Below, one piece after another: positions 18,818 to 27,828 of a DNA stretch of 64,000 bases. How positions within the stretch are numbered: position 1 is the stretch's first letter; every line of letters starts with the position of its first letter. The stretch is from an uncultured Pseudomonadales bacterium (GTDB taxonomy: Bacteria; Patescibacteriota; Microgenomatia; UBA1400; MFAQ01). The stretch spans positions 2,721-66,720 of the forward strand of contig CAZMCB010000002.1 of the NCBI GenBank assembly GCA_964564895.1, written 5' to 3'. Under the pieces are notes generated by a model. It saw only the letters and a list, made by a program, of their open reading frames with translations. It was not told the DNA's origin and did no database searches. Made by a program: the position numbers and the translations under genes.

Positions 18818-18877
18818 CTCCTTTTGATTTGAAAAGTGCGTTAGGGAGATTGTACTATGTCAAACTGTATCAAGCAA
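18818..18877 (-). promoter_or_regulatory. Module 7 leader
   Basis: TTGCTT-17-TACAAT; GCACTTTTCAAAT 18827-18839; AAAGGAG. Confidence 0.6.
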
Positions 18878-19790
18878 GGGTGGCGAACTCGGAAATGGTG
18901 AATTCAAATACATTAGCCAAGTCTCCTTCAAGAATTTCTTTGAGATTGTGCCATGATTTACCGATTCGGTGATCTGTAAGACGATTTTGGGGAAAGTTGT
19001 ATGTTTTGACTTTTTCGGCACGCATACCAGAGCCGACAGCTTGGGATCGTTTGTCTGAGAGGGCACCTAGTCGTTTTTCTTCTTGCTGTTGCCAGACTTT
19101 GGCACGAATCATATTAAGGGCGATTTCTTTGTTACGGGCTTGGTATCGTTCTTCGTGGACAAAAACAGTAAGACCGGTTGGTTTATGGGTAAGACGAACG
19201 GCGGTATTAACTTTATTTACATTTTGACCGCCCGGACCGCCGGCTCTGGTGAACTGCCATTCAAGATCATTATCAAGTAGCTCAACCTGAGTGGCCTTCA
19301 CTTCCGGAAGAACGGCAACAGTTGCTGTACTGGTTTGAATTCTACCAGCAGCTTCGGTGACAGGAACTCTTTGGACACGATGTACACCTGCTTCATACTG
19401 GAAAGTTTCGTATGCTCCATGATTCCAAAGTGCGCGATTGGGTCTGGAAAATTTGATTACACCGTCATCTATTGTTTCGACAGTAAAACCGTGCTCTTGG
19501 GCAAAGCGTGTATACATTCGTAAAAGATCGTTGGCAAAAATCTTGGATTCATCACCACCAGCTGCACCACGAATCTCGACGATGGCAGGGGAGTCATTGA
19601 AGTTTTCACTTGTATCGGCTTCTTCTTCTTGAACACGGGTAAGTGTTTGAAGCGACTCAAGCTGTTTTTGAAGTTTTTCAACTTCGGCTTTGGCAAGGGC
19701 TCCTAAATCAGGGTCGTTAACTAAAGCCTCATTGGCCTTAATTTCTTCTTCGATGCGGGTAATTTCTGAGGCAATATATGGGTTATCCAT
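18870..19790 (-). CDS. prfA: Peptide chain release factor 1 (N-terminally short)
   Basis: GGQ, PVT specificity motif, [13 protein letters not shown]. Confidence 0.93.
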   Translation of the reverse strand: MDNPYIASEITRIEEEIKANEALVNDPDLGALAKAEVEKLQKQLESLQTLTRVQEEEADTSENFNDSPAIVEIRGAAGGDESKIFANDLLRMYTRFAQEHGFTVETIDDGVIKFSRPNRALWNHGAYETFQYEAGVHRVQRVPVTEAAGRIQTSTATVAVLPEVKATQVELLDNDLEWQFTRAGGPGGQNVNKVNTAVRLTHKPTGLTVFVHEERYQARNKEIALNMIRAKVWQQQEEKRLGALSDKRSQAVGSGMRAEKVKTYNFPQNRLTDHRIGKSWHNLKEILEGDLANVFEFTISEFATLA

Positions 19791-19840
19791 TTCAATTAGA
19801 TTATAGAGGAATATCTCTGGAGTAATTTTGATTGTCGGGG

Positions 19841-19872
19841 GTTGCCACGTCGCTTCGCTCCTCGCAATGACG
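19841..19872. repeat. REP/RPE-like short palindromic repeat
   Basis: GTTGCCACGTCGCTTCGCTCCTCGCAATGACG; relative at 20697. Confidence 0.65.
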
Positions 19873-19897
19873 AATTATGTACGGGAAGAAACTTGAT

Positions 19898-20227
19898 CTA
19901 CTCGGCTGAAACTTCTTCGACTACAGCAGCTTTGGCTTCGGCCTTTTTCTTGGCTTCAAGCATTTCTTTAAGAGTCTTAGGAGTTGCGTCTGATTCTTTC
20001 TTGTCTTTGCCTTTTTTGACGTAACCAACAGCAGCTTGGCGTTTGGCAATAAATTTGTCAACACGACCCATGGAGTCGATGAATCTTTGGGTACCAGTGA
20101 AGAATGGATGACACTTGTCACACACGTCAACGTGAAGGGCTTCGGAGGTTCCACCGACGGTGAAAACGTTCCCGCAAGCGCAGGTTACTTTGGTCTCTTT
20201 GTATTCTGGATGTAGATTCTGTTTCAT
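19898..20227 (-). CDS. rpmE: 50S ribosomal protein bL31 (Zn-type, C-terminal extension)
   Basis: MKQNLHPEY, CACG, CDKCHPFFTG, GRVDKF. Confidence 0.96.
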   Translation of the reverse strand: MKQNLHPEYKETKVTCACGNVFTVGGTSEALHVDVCDKCHPFFTGTQRFIDSMGRVDKFIAKRQAAVGYVKKGKDKKESDATPKTLKEMLEAKKKAEAKAAVVEEVSAE

Positions 20228-20265
20228 AGCTTCTGTATTTTATCACATGTGCCTAGTTTTGACAC

Positions 20266-20295
20266 AAAAAAACTCTCTGGCATGCCAGAGAGTTT
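20266..20295 (-). terminator. Intrinsic terminator, module 8
   Basis: A7-CTCTCTGGC-at-GCCAGAGAG. Confidence 0.85.
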
Positions 20296-20302
20296 GACTT
20301 AG

Positions 20303-20386
20303 TTACTTGAAGAGTTTTGAGTAAAGGTAGAGAATGAACCTCATTGGTCCTGTGATGAAGCTTTTTATCATTGGTGATTTATCCAT
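20303..20386 (-). CDS. Putative 27-aa peptide (not in ORF track)
   Basis: AGGAG-aaaaa-ATG; MDKSPMIKSFITGPMRFILYLYSKLFK; lies between ORF and terminator. Confidence 0.5.
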   Translation of the reverse strand: MDKSPMIKSFITGPMRFILYLYSKLFK

Positions 20387-20401
20387 TTTTTCTCCTGTGG
20401 A

Positions 20402-20602
20402 TTAATGAGTAAATGCGGGGACGATGCCGATAACGATAAGAAAAATGCCAAGAGCAAAGTAGAGGGAGGCAACTCCTAAATAAATCATCCGAGATCTTGT
20501 ATCGACTTTCATAATATCGCTTGTTTGTGCTTTATTAATAAAGTCAATAAATTTGTAAATTCCTATGAAGAATGCTCCAACTATTAATGCTAAATAATTC
20601 AT
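20402..20602 (-). CDS. Small orphan membrane protein (2 TM)
   Basis: 66 aa; SD GGAGGAG. Confidence 0.7.
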   Translation of the reverse strand: MNYLALIVGAFFIGIYKFIDFINKAQTSDIMKVDTRSRMIYLGVASLYFALGIFLIVIGIVPAFTH

Positions 20603-20605
20603 TAC

Positions 20606-20672
20606 TCCTCCGATAGAATGTTAAGAATGCGAACAAGACCTATATAATATCACAGTTGTGCGTAAAAGTCAA
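20606..20672 (-). promoter_or_regulatory. Module 8 leader
   Basis: TTGACT-17-TATTAT; GCATTCTTAACATT 20617-20630; GGAGGAG. Confidence 0.65.
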
Positions 20673-20696
20673 GTATAGTACACAATCTAATGGTGT

Positions 20697-20728
20697 GAGA
20701 TTGCCACACGAGTACGTTCGCAATGACG
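20697..20728. repeat. REP/RPE-like repeat, second copy
   Basis: GAGATTGCCACACGAGTACGTTCGCAATGACG. Confidence 0.6.
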
Positions 20729-20733
20729 AGGTA

Positions 20734-21609
20734 TTAGCGCTTTTCTGAGGTAAAAACACCGAAGACTATAAGAATGGTTGCGATGATAGTAATAGGAGAA
20801 AATGATTCTTTGAGCCAAAGAATTGATAGAGGAATAGCGAAGACTGGGTTTAAGTAAGTAAAGATAACCGCTTCGGATGCCTCGATACGTTTATGGCCCT
20901 CTTGATAAGCCCAAAAGCCAATTACTGAGCCTCCGATGGCCATGTACAGAATTCCCGGTAAGGCTTGGGTGTTAAGAGCGAATGATAATCCCGACTGGGC
21001 TGTTGCAAAAAAGAAAAAAGGGATGCTAATTACGAAAGAGTAAAAAGATAGATAAATAGGGTCCAAATGATCCTTTTTGGATAATAGAAGAAATATAGAC
21101 CAAACTGAGTTTCCGAGAATAATAAGAAGATTGCCCTGAAGAGAAAGGGATATGTGATTTGAGCCTGTTAATAGTGGTTCTAGAACGATGATTAGAGTAC
21201 CAAGAAGAGCAATTCCAAGACCTTTCCACTCTTTGGTTTTTACCGTTTCTTTAAGAAAAATCATACAAAGAAGAACTGTAAGGAGGGGACCAGACGATCC
21301 AATTATTGAGGCTTCGGCTGAGCTAGTTTTACTAAGTCCGTAAAAAGACAATAAAAGACAAATAGGCCCACTAAGTAAGGCTAAAAATAGAGTTTGAAGA
21401 TGATTGATTTTGTGATGGTGTTTCCTCGATCTGTGAATTAAAAATATCGGAAGAAAAATAATTGTAGCAATAAGAAAACGATAAAAGAGAAATAGAGTAG
21501 GCGAGGTAAAGTTGAATGCGTACTTGATGATAGGAGTACCGAATCCCCAGAGAGCGGTATTTAGTAGAAGAAATAAATAAGCTGAAGTACGGTTGTTGAG
21601 CCGGGTCAT
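20734..21609 (-). CDS. EamA/DMT family transporter
   Basis: About 10 TM in two EamA repeats (LWG..., YLNPVFAI). Confidence 0.9.
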   Translation of the reverse strand: MTRLNNRTSAYLFLLLNTALWGFGTPIIKYAFNFTSPTLFLFYRFLIATIIFLPIFLIHRSRKHHHKINHLQTLFLALLSGPICLLLSFYGLSKTSSAEASIIGSSGPLLTVLLCMIFLKETVKTKEWKGLGIALLGTLIIVLEPLLTGSNHISLSLQGNLLIILGNSVWSIFLLLSKKDHLDPIYLSFYSFVISIPFFFFATAQSGLSFALNTQALPGILYMAIGGSVIGFWAYQEGHKRIEASEAVIFTYLNPVFAIPLSILWLKESFSPITIIATILIVFGVFTSEKR

Positions 21610-21649
21610 TTATTCATTCTAACAAAAACGAAACAGAATGTAATGGAGG

Positions 21650-22282
21650 TTAGAGGGGTTTTGCGCGAGAAATTGAAAGTTTCCCTTCGTATTCTTTAAT
21701 TATGGCAAGGATAGTCTGGTCGGCTGCTAGCTCATCAAGTTTGACTGTAGATTTTTTGGAGAGAGTAAGAACTTGGTCTGTGCCATTAATATTGAGAGTT
21801 AGTGTTTTCTTTTTGATATCGACAAGGACTATTTTTGCGACGACGGCTGTGGTTTTGACTAAAACTGGTTCGTCTTTTATAACAGATATTCTTTTGGCTG
21901 ATACGATACCGTTTTTTACTGAAGTTCCAATAACGATTACTTTGTCTCCTATGGCGAGTGAGGTTGCTTTTATAGTTGAACCATCCTTTTGATATGATGT
22001 TTGAGCTGTTGAGGTGATTTGAATAAGGTTGTTTTGAGAGTCTACGGTAAGGTTGCCCGAACTTATGGTGGTTATTTTACCCACGAATCCTACTAGAGCT
22101 TGAATATTTAATTTTTCTTTGAGCTTGGCTTCGGTTGTCGATAGATTTTCTTGAACGAGAAGTTTTACTTGGTCGGCCATACTAGTTGTGGGTGAAGCCG
22201 ATGGTGTAGCTGTAATTGCAAGAGTTTGAGGGACAAAAATGAGGTTTAGAGCTATTAAAGAAAGAATAATAAGTTGTTTCAT
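21650..22282 (-). CDS. Secreted protein with repeated small beta domains (DUF5666-like)
   Basis: Signal peptide, S/T/P linker, VGKITTI..LAIGDKV repeat pattern. Confidence 0.65.
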   Translation of the reverse strand: MKQLIILSLIALNLIFVPQTLAITATPSASPTTSMADQVKLLVQENLSTTEAKLKEKLNIQALVGFVGKITTISSGNLTVDSQNNLIQITSTAQTSYQKDGSTIKATSLAIGDKVIVIGTSVKNGIVSAKRISVIKDEPVLVKTTAVVAKIVLVDIKKKTLTLNINGTDQVLTLSKKSTVKLDELAADQTILAIIKEYEGKLSISRAKPL

Positions 22283-22283
22283 A

Positions 22284-22712
22284 TTATTCAGGTAATGTTG
22301 TGGTTCTAATAACAGTGATTGAAGAAGACGAAGTGGCTTGCTTATCGTCTACAACTGTAATGGTGATGAGATTTTCTCCATTTATTAGGTTAATAGTTGC
22401 TTCGAAACTACCTGATTCATCTGATGTGGTGAGAATGTCATCACTCTCAGAAATAATCGCAATGTTTGAGTTTGCTTTGGTAGTTCCCTTAAGTGATATA
22501 GCGGATTCAGTAACGACGGAGTTGTCTAGAGGAATGGCTATGGAAATTTGATTATTTGTTTTTGAGGGAGTTGGGGTAGCTTTGGTGTTTGAGTTTTCGG
22601 TTTCTTCTGCGGTATTTTCTTTGACAGAGTTATTGGCAATATTGATGCCATAGAGAATGACTCCTCCTAAAAGGACACCTATGATTACGGCTAGAATAAC
22701 TTCTTTACGCAT
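22284..22712 (-). CDS. Membrane-anchored protein with Ig-like domain
   Basis: N-terminal TM from MRKEVILAV; GSFEATINLINGENLITITVVD. Confidence 0.7.
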   Translation of the reverse strand: MRKEVILAVIIGVLLGGVILYGINIANNSVKENTAEETENSNTKATPTPSKTNNQISIAIPLDNSVVTESAISLKGTTKANSNIAIISESDDILTTSDESGSFEATINLINGENLITITVVDDKQATSSSSITVIRTTTLPE

Positions 22713-22791
22713 AGTCTTTCGACTGAAAGGATAGCAGTTTGGGTCCAGATTTGCAAGTTTTCTGGGGGGGAAACCTGTGTTAAGATTTGAT

Positions 22792-23457
22792 ATGGAAATC
22801 ACATATCTTGGCCACTCGTGCTTTAAATTAAAAAATAAAGAAGGAATGACTTTAGTCATGGATCCTTTTAAAAGTGAAAATGTTGGCCTACCATTTGCCA
22901 AGGAAGTTGCCGATATAGTAACTATTTCTCACTCCCATGACGATCATAATGCAGTTGAAAATGTGACTGGTCCCGTGACTCGACAAAGTACCTTTATTAT
23001 TGATAAAGAGGGGGAGTATGAGATCGGAGGAGTCGAGATAACAGCTTCAAAAATGTATCATGATAAGGTTGAGGGAGCTGAAAGAGGAAAAAATCTAATT
23101 GTTCAGATTCGCATGGATGGTGTAAACATACTTCACTTGGGGGACTTGGGTCACAAACTTTCAGAAAGTCAGATAGAAAAACTAGGATCTGTGGATGTTT
23201 TGATGGCAGGCGTCGGAGGAGTAACTTCACTAGAAACTGATGAAATGATGGAATTAATTAAAGATGTACAGCCTGCTTATGTAATTCCGATGCATTATAA
23301 AGTAGATGGTATGAACGAACAATGGAATTCGAAACATACCCTTCAAGAGTTTTTGGACAAGAACAAATTTTTAGTAGCCGGAGAGCCGGTGCATAAGATT
23401 AAAGTAGATGAGGGAAGTCTGCCCGACGATACTCAAGTACTAATAATGAATGCCTAA
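22792..23457 (+). CDS. MBL-fold metallo-hydrolase
   Basis: YLGHSCF, SHSHDDHN, HLGDLG, IPMHY. Confidence 0.92.
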   Translation: MEITYLGHSCFKLKNKEGMTLVMDPFKSENVGLPFAKEVADIVTISHSHDDHNAVENVTGPVTRQSTFIIDKEGEYEIGGVEITASKMYHDKVEGAERGKNLIVQIRMDGVNILHLGDLGHKLSESQIEKLGSVDVLMAGVGGVTSLETDEMMELIKDVQPAYVIPMHYKVDGMNEQWNSKHTLQEFLDKNKFLVAGEPVHKIKVDEGSLPDDTQVLIMNA

Positions 23458-24757
23458 CACAAGGATACCGCCTCATTCCGATGAAGCGGAAAAATCCATT
23501 TTGGGAGCGATACTCATCGATAAAGATGCAATAGTAGACATTGCTGTTCTTTTGCGTCCTGATATGTTTTATAACGAGAATAATGGCTCTATTTTTGACG
23601 CTATGGTTTCTTTGTATGAAAACCGTGACCCTATCGATGTCTTGACTGTTGCTGATTGGCTTAAAAAGACAAAATTGTTGGATAGGGTTGGGGGAAAATC
23701 CTATTTATCTGAGCTATCAAATGAAGTTCCTGTAGCTTCTCATGTAAATAAATACGCTCAGATTGTCCGAGAGACATATATCAAAAGAAAGCTAATCTCA
23801 GCTGGAGCACAGATGGGAGAGATGGGTTTTGATGATGGCAAGCCTCTTAATGAGATATTGGACAAAGCAGAGCAGGAAATTTATTCGCTATCACAAGCGA
23901 ACGTCCGTCGTTCTTTTATCCCAATTAAAGACGCTTTGGCTGAGAGTTTTGATCGTTTGGACACGCTACAAAACTCTGCTGACGGTCTTCGTGGTGTACC
24001 AACTGGGTTTGGTGATTTGGACAAGATGTTGGCTGGAATGCAGGACTCTAACTTGATTATCTTGGCTGCTCGTCCTGGTATCGGTAAAACTGCTTTTGCG
24101 ACAAATATTGCACAGTACGCTGCCGTTGAGAAAAAAATGCCGATTGGGTATTTTGCCCTAGAAATGAGTAACTTGGAAATGGTTGATCGTATGCTTGTAT
24201 CTCAGGCGAATATTGATGCTTGGAAACTAAAAACAGGAAACTTAAAAGATGATGATTTTGCTAAGCTTTCGGAAGGTATGGGTATTTTGGCTGAGTCGCC
24301 TTTGTATATTGACGATACTCCAGGTCAGTCTATTTTGGAACTTCGTACAAAAGCTCGCCGTTTGCATTCTCAGGTAGGTTTGAAACTTCTGATTGTTGAC
24401 TATTTGCAGCTATGTGTAGGTGATAAAGCTTATGAGAGTCGTGTACAAGAGGTTGGTGCTATCTCTCAGGGTTTAAAGAACTTGGCTCGTGAGCTAAAGA
24501 TTCCAGTGCTGGCTCTGTCTCAGCTAAATCGAGGAGTTGAAAGTAGAACAGACAAGACACCTGTTTTGGCCGACCTTCGTGAATCTGGAAGTATCGAACA
24601 GGATGCAGACGTGGTTATGTTCTTGTATCGAAATGATGAAAATAATTTGGAAGACGTAAAGTTGGCTATAGCCAAGCACCGTAATGGTGGCCTTGGAACA
24701 ATTGATCTTAAATTCAGAGGTGACCGTGTCAAGTTTTATGGTGTGGATAGAAGGTGA
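23450..24757 (+). CDS. dnaB: Replicative DNA helicase
   Basis: AARPGIGKT, VDYLQL, SQLNR, DLRESGSIEQDAD, AKHRNG. Confidence 0.98.
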   Translation: MPNTRIPPHSDEAEKSILGAILIDKDAIVDIAVLLRPDMFYNENNGSIFDAMVSLYENRDPIDVLTVADWLKKTKLLDRVGGKSYLSELSNEVPVASHVNKYAQIVRETYIKRKLISAGAQMGEMGFDDGKPLNEILDKAEQEIYSLSQANVRRSFIPIKDALAESFDRLDTLQNSADGLRGVPTGFGDLDKMLAGMQDSNLIILAARPGIGKTAFATNIAQYAAVEKKMPIGYFALEMSNLEMVDRMLVSQANIDAWKLKTGNLKDDDFAKLSEGMGILAESPLYIDDTPGQSILELRTKARRLHSQVGLKLLIVDYLQLCVGDKAYESRVQEVGAISQGLKNLARELKIPVLALSQLNRGVESRTDKTPVLADLRESGSIEQDADVVMFLYRNDENNLEDVKLAIAKHRNGGLGTIDLKFRGDRVKFYGVDRR

Positions 24758-24806
24758 GAAGAAGTTGATTGTGGTATAAATATACTTATACTAATTAAGT
24801 CCAAGT

Positions 24807-25394
24807 ATGAATAATTATCCTTTTGAGTTAGACAAACTTCCGTATGAATACGATGCTTTAGAGCCAATTATTGATAAGCAAACTGTAGAGATTCATCATG
24901 ATAAACATCATCAGACTTATTTAGAAAATTTGAATAAGCTCTTGGCTGACAAGCCAGAGTTGCAGAATAAAACGCTGGAAGAGCTGATGAATAGTGAAGT
25001 GGTTGGAATAAAAAACAATGCTGGGGGAGTGTGGAATCATAATTTTTATTGGAGTGAAATGAAAGCTGTGGAACAAGAGTCGATTCCTGATGTTTTGAAA
25101 AATAAATTGATTGAAAAGTTTGGAAGTGTGGAGAAGTTTAAGGAATTGTTTGAGGCAAATGCTTTAAGTAGATTCGGAAGTGGATGGGGGTGGCTCGTTA
25201 AAAATGAGAAAGGTGAGTTGGAGATAATGTCTACCGCAAATCAAGATAGTCCACTATCTCTTGGAAAAACTCCTTTGTTGGGAATAGATGTATGGGAACA
25301 CGCATATTACTTAAAATATTTTAATAAACGCGTTGATTATGTAAAAGCATGGTGGAGTTTGGTTAATTGGGAATGGGTGGCAGATAGATTATAA
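24807..25394 (+). CDS. sodA: Fe/Mn superoxide dismutase
   Basis: HHDKHH, NAGGVWNH, FGSGWGW, DVWEHAYY. Confidence 0.93.
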   Translation: MNNYPFELDKLPYEYDALEPIIDKQTVEIHHDKHHQTYLENLNKLLADKPELQNKTLEELMNSEVVGIKNNAGGVWNHNFYWSEMKAVEQESIPDVLKNKLIEKFGSVEKFKELFEANALSRFGSGWGWLVKNEKGELEIMSTANQDSPLSLGKTPLLGIDVWEHAYYLKYFNKRVDYVKAWWSLVNWEWVADRL

Positions 25395-25427
25395 AAAAAA
25401 TCTTTCCACAAGGGAAAGATTATTTTT
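25393..25427. terminator. Bidirectional hairpin terminator
   Basis: A8-TCTTTCC-acaag-GGAAAGA-TTATTTTT. Confidence 0.75.
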
Positions 25428-25571
25428 ATAGTGCCGAGAGAGGGGATCGAGATTCGGTCAATACTTCGTATTGCCTCATCCTTGCCTCACCAGGCTCGTT
25501 ACGAGACTGGTTCCGGCTTGTTCGATCCCCAACAGAATATTAAAAATCTCTCCGCAAGGGAGAGATTTTAA
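25428..25571 (-). mobile_element. 144-bp tRNA-associated structured element with duplicated tRNA 3' end
   Basis: ATAGTGCCGAGAGAGGGGATCGA at 25428 and 25572; inverted repeat GGGGATCGA/TCGATCCCC. Confidence 0.55.
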
Positions 25572-25575
25572 ATAG

Positions 25576-25658
25576 TGCCGAGAGAGGGGATCGAACCCTC
25601 ACGGCCTTGCGACCACAGGTTTTTGAGACCTGAGCGTATACCATTCCGCCATCTCGGC
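25576..25658 (-). tRNA. tRNA-Leu(CAA)
   Basis: GCCGAGA/TCTCGGC acceptor stem, CAGGT-CTCAAAA-ACCTG anticodon arm, long variable arm, GTTCGAT; CCA not encoded. Confidence 0.96.
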
Positions 25659-25684
25659 ATAGGCATATTATACCTTAGGATATG

Positions 25685-25710
25685 AAAAACCCGTGGGATA
25701 TGCCACGGGT
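25685..25710 (-). terminator. Intrinsic terminator, module 9
   Basis: A5-CCCGTGG-gatatg-CCACGGGT. Confidence 0.8.
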
Positions 25711-25719
25711 ATATTGGGT

Positions 25720-26370
25720 TTAGTTTTCAACCAAGAGAGCGAGTTCAAGACAAGATATAGTTAGATTCTGCTCAGCTTGATACTCGTATTTATCCTTGAA
25801 ATAGGGAGTGTTGTAGATAGGTAAGTGATCAAGTTTGGTTTGAAGAATCCCTAGTCTACCTTTGGCAAACTGAGGTAGTGGAACATGGGCATATTCTTCT
25901 CTGATATATTTTGTGTTTTGTGAAAATTGTACCCATGGCAAACCGAGTGAAGATAGGTCAATATCACAAAGTAGCTTAGCATCATTACTTCTAGGCTTAT
26001 CGATGTGTCTTGTAGCTAGAATGAGTTTTTCAACTCTTAATCTGAACTTTTCTGGTAGTTGGGCCATCCTGATAATCATTGATGCCATCTCGGCACATCT
26101 TTCCTCAATTCCTTGAAGCTTGGTGTCGTAGATGCAGTCGTGAAACCAGATAGCAAACTCAAGAGCTTTGGGATCTTTGGCCAAGTGTCTTACGTCATCG
26201 AACTCTGTGAGGCAGTGCTGGATGTGATTTTCCAGATTGTGATAGCCACGATATGGATGTGTGTACAGATTTTGAAGCATTCTGTAGCCGTAAACGGCCT
26301 TGAAATCATTTTTGACCTTTAAAGTTTGCCAAAAATCAGACCAACGCTGTTCAAAATTTATTGGATCCAT
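25720..26370 (-). CDS. HD-superfamily phosphohydrolase (COG4339-like)
   Basis: RGYHNLENHI, AIWFHDCIYD, LILATRH, DIDLSSLG, IREEY. Confidence 0.85.
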   Translation of the reverse strand: MDPINFEQRWSDFWQTLKVKNDFKAVYGYRMLQNLYTHPYRGYHNLENHIQHCLTEFDDVRHLAKDPKALEFAIWFHDCIYDTKLQGIEERCAEMASMIIRMAQLPEKFRLRVEKLILATRHIDKPRSNDAKLLCDIDLSSLGLPWVQFSQNTKYIREEYAHVPLPQFAKGRLGILQTKLDHLPIYNTPYFKDKYEYQAEQNLTISCLELALLVEN

Positions 26371-26380
26371 ATTAACCTTT

Positions 26381-26887
26381 CTATTGGGTATTGGCGTAGT
26401 GAAGAGAACGAAGCTTTTGGAGTACTGGCTCTGAGACATATCGTGAGACGACTCTTTCCCAGCCTTTTGGTCCAATGAGGCCTTTGACCATGCTGGAGCT
26501 AATTTCGGCCAGTTCTCGAGGAGGCATAAGAAATATGGTAGTAATACTGGGATCAAGATCTTCGTTGACATTGCGCATGTCTTTTTCTTTGCCGTAATCT
26601 TCTGAAGATCTTATCCCTCGAAGGATAAATTGAGCCTCTTCGGATTTGGCAAAATTGACAAGATACTGAAAAGGAAAGCTTTTTATGGAGACATTAGTTA
26701 ATTCTTTTGTTGAGTAATACAACATTTCGAGTCTCTCATTTGCAGTAAATACACAATGTTTATCTGGGTTAGTTCCAATGGCGACAATTAATTTGTCAAA
26801 TATAGCCGCACCTTTCTCTATCATCCAGATGTGACCTTTGGTTGGGGGATCAAAAGACCCTGCATAAATTGCGACATTTTTTGGCAT
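26381..26887 (-). CDS. coaD: Pantetheine-phosphate adenylyltransferase
   Basis: YAGSFDPPTKGH, NPDK, LRGIR, ISSSMVK. Confidence 0.92.
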   Translation of the reverse strand: MPKNVAIYAGSFDPPTKGHIWMIEKGAAIFDKLIVAIGTNPDKHCVFTANERLEMLYYSTKELTNVSIKSFPFQYLVNFAKSEEAQFILRGIRSSEDYGKEKDMRNVNEDLDPSITTIFLMPPRELAEISSSMVKGLIGPKGWERVVSRYVSEPVLQKLRSLHYANTQ

Positions 26888-26891
26888 TCTA

Positions 26892-26931
26892 TCTCCTTAT
26901 TTTGAATGTGCTTGCGGACTGGAATATTATA
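26892..26931 (-). promoter_or_regulatory. Module 9 leader
   Basis: TATAAT 26926-26931; GCACATTCAAAAT 26899-26911; AAGGAG. Confidence 0.55.
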
Positions 26932-26996
26932 CATCCTATAGGAGTATTTGAGTATTAATTGTATAAACTTGGGTTGTTGGAGTAAAATACTGGAAT

Positions 26997-27557
26997 ATGA
27001 TCGACGTGAATAAACTTAAAGTTGGAGTAACCTTTACCGAAGAAGGAATTCCTTTTCGTGTAATGAAGTATGACTTTACTAAGATGGGTAGAGGAAACGC
27101 TACTATCAAAGTGAAAGCCAAAAACCTTTTTAATGGCTCTATTGTAACCAAGGGATACATCTCAGGAAACATGGTTGAGGATGTTCTTTTGGAAAAGAAG
27201 CATCTTCAGTATTTGTACAAAGATGATCAGCAAGCATATTTTATGGATCCGGTATCTTTTGAACAGTGTGAGATCCCCATGAGCGTATTGGGAGATGATG
27301 TGAAGTTTTTGGTTGAAGGTGAAAAAGCTTGGGTGCTATTCTGGGGCGAGAAAATCTTGGGTGTTGAACTACAAGCATCAGTAATTATGGAAATAACTGA
27401 AACAGAGCCAGGTGCTCGTGGTAACACCGTCAGTAATGTTCTTAAACCCGCTCAGACTGCTTCAGGCCTTACCGTAATGGTGCCTTTGTTTATTTCCGTT
27501 GGCGATAAGATCAAAATTAACACTGAAACTGGTCAGTATACCGCTAGAGCAAATTAA
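26997..27557 (+). CDS. efp: Elongation factor P
   Basis: KMGRGNA, QYLY, GARGNT, VPLFI..GDKIKINT. Confidence 0.96.
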   Translation: MIDVNKLKVGVTFTEEGIPFRVMKYDFTKMGRGNATIKVKAKNLFNGSIVTKGYISGNMVEDVLLEKKHLQYLYKDDQQAYFMDPVSFEQCEIPMSVLGDDVKFLVEGEKAWVLFWGEKILGVELQASVIMEITETEPGARGNTVSNVLKPAQTASGLTVMVPLFISVGDKIKINTETGQYTARAN

Positions 27558-27562
27558 GATAT

Positions 27563-27588
27563 AAAAAAGACCCCTAGGAAGGGGTCTT
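27563..27588 (-). terminator. Intrinsic terminator, module 10
   Basis: A6-GACCCCT-agga-AGGGGTCTT. Confidence 0.85.
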
Positions 27589-27593
27589 GAAGC

Positions 27594-27782
27594 TTAAGCT
27601 TGGGTTTTTCCAACGTAGGTTTCTGAATTATAACCGAGTTCTTTTTTTACCTCGGCTCCTGAAACATTCTTTCCGTTTGAGTTGAAACGAGCAGTGTCTC
27701 CTGCCTTGCAAGTACAGGGTAGATCGTTATTACCGGTGACGATAACTCCGGTGTCGTTACAAAGTGAACAATTTGGTGGCAT
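27594..27782 (-). CDS. Small orphan zinc-binding protein
   Basis: 62 aa from ATG 27782 after AAGGAG; CSLCNDTG..PCTC. Confidence 0.7.
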   Translation of the reverse strand: MPPNCSLCNDTGVIVTGNNDLPCTCKAGDTARFNSNGKNVSGAEVKKELGYNSETYVGKTQA

Positions 27783-27828
27783 ATATTCTCCTTTTTTAAT
27801 CTGCGACAAACTTTGGAAATATTCTACA

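Noticed and set aside
3776-24757. Alternative genetic code 25 (UGA=Gly)
   Set aside because: TGA ends ybeY and dnaB at their expected C-termini, and conserved genes are uninterrupted.
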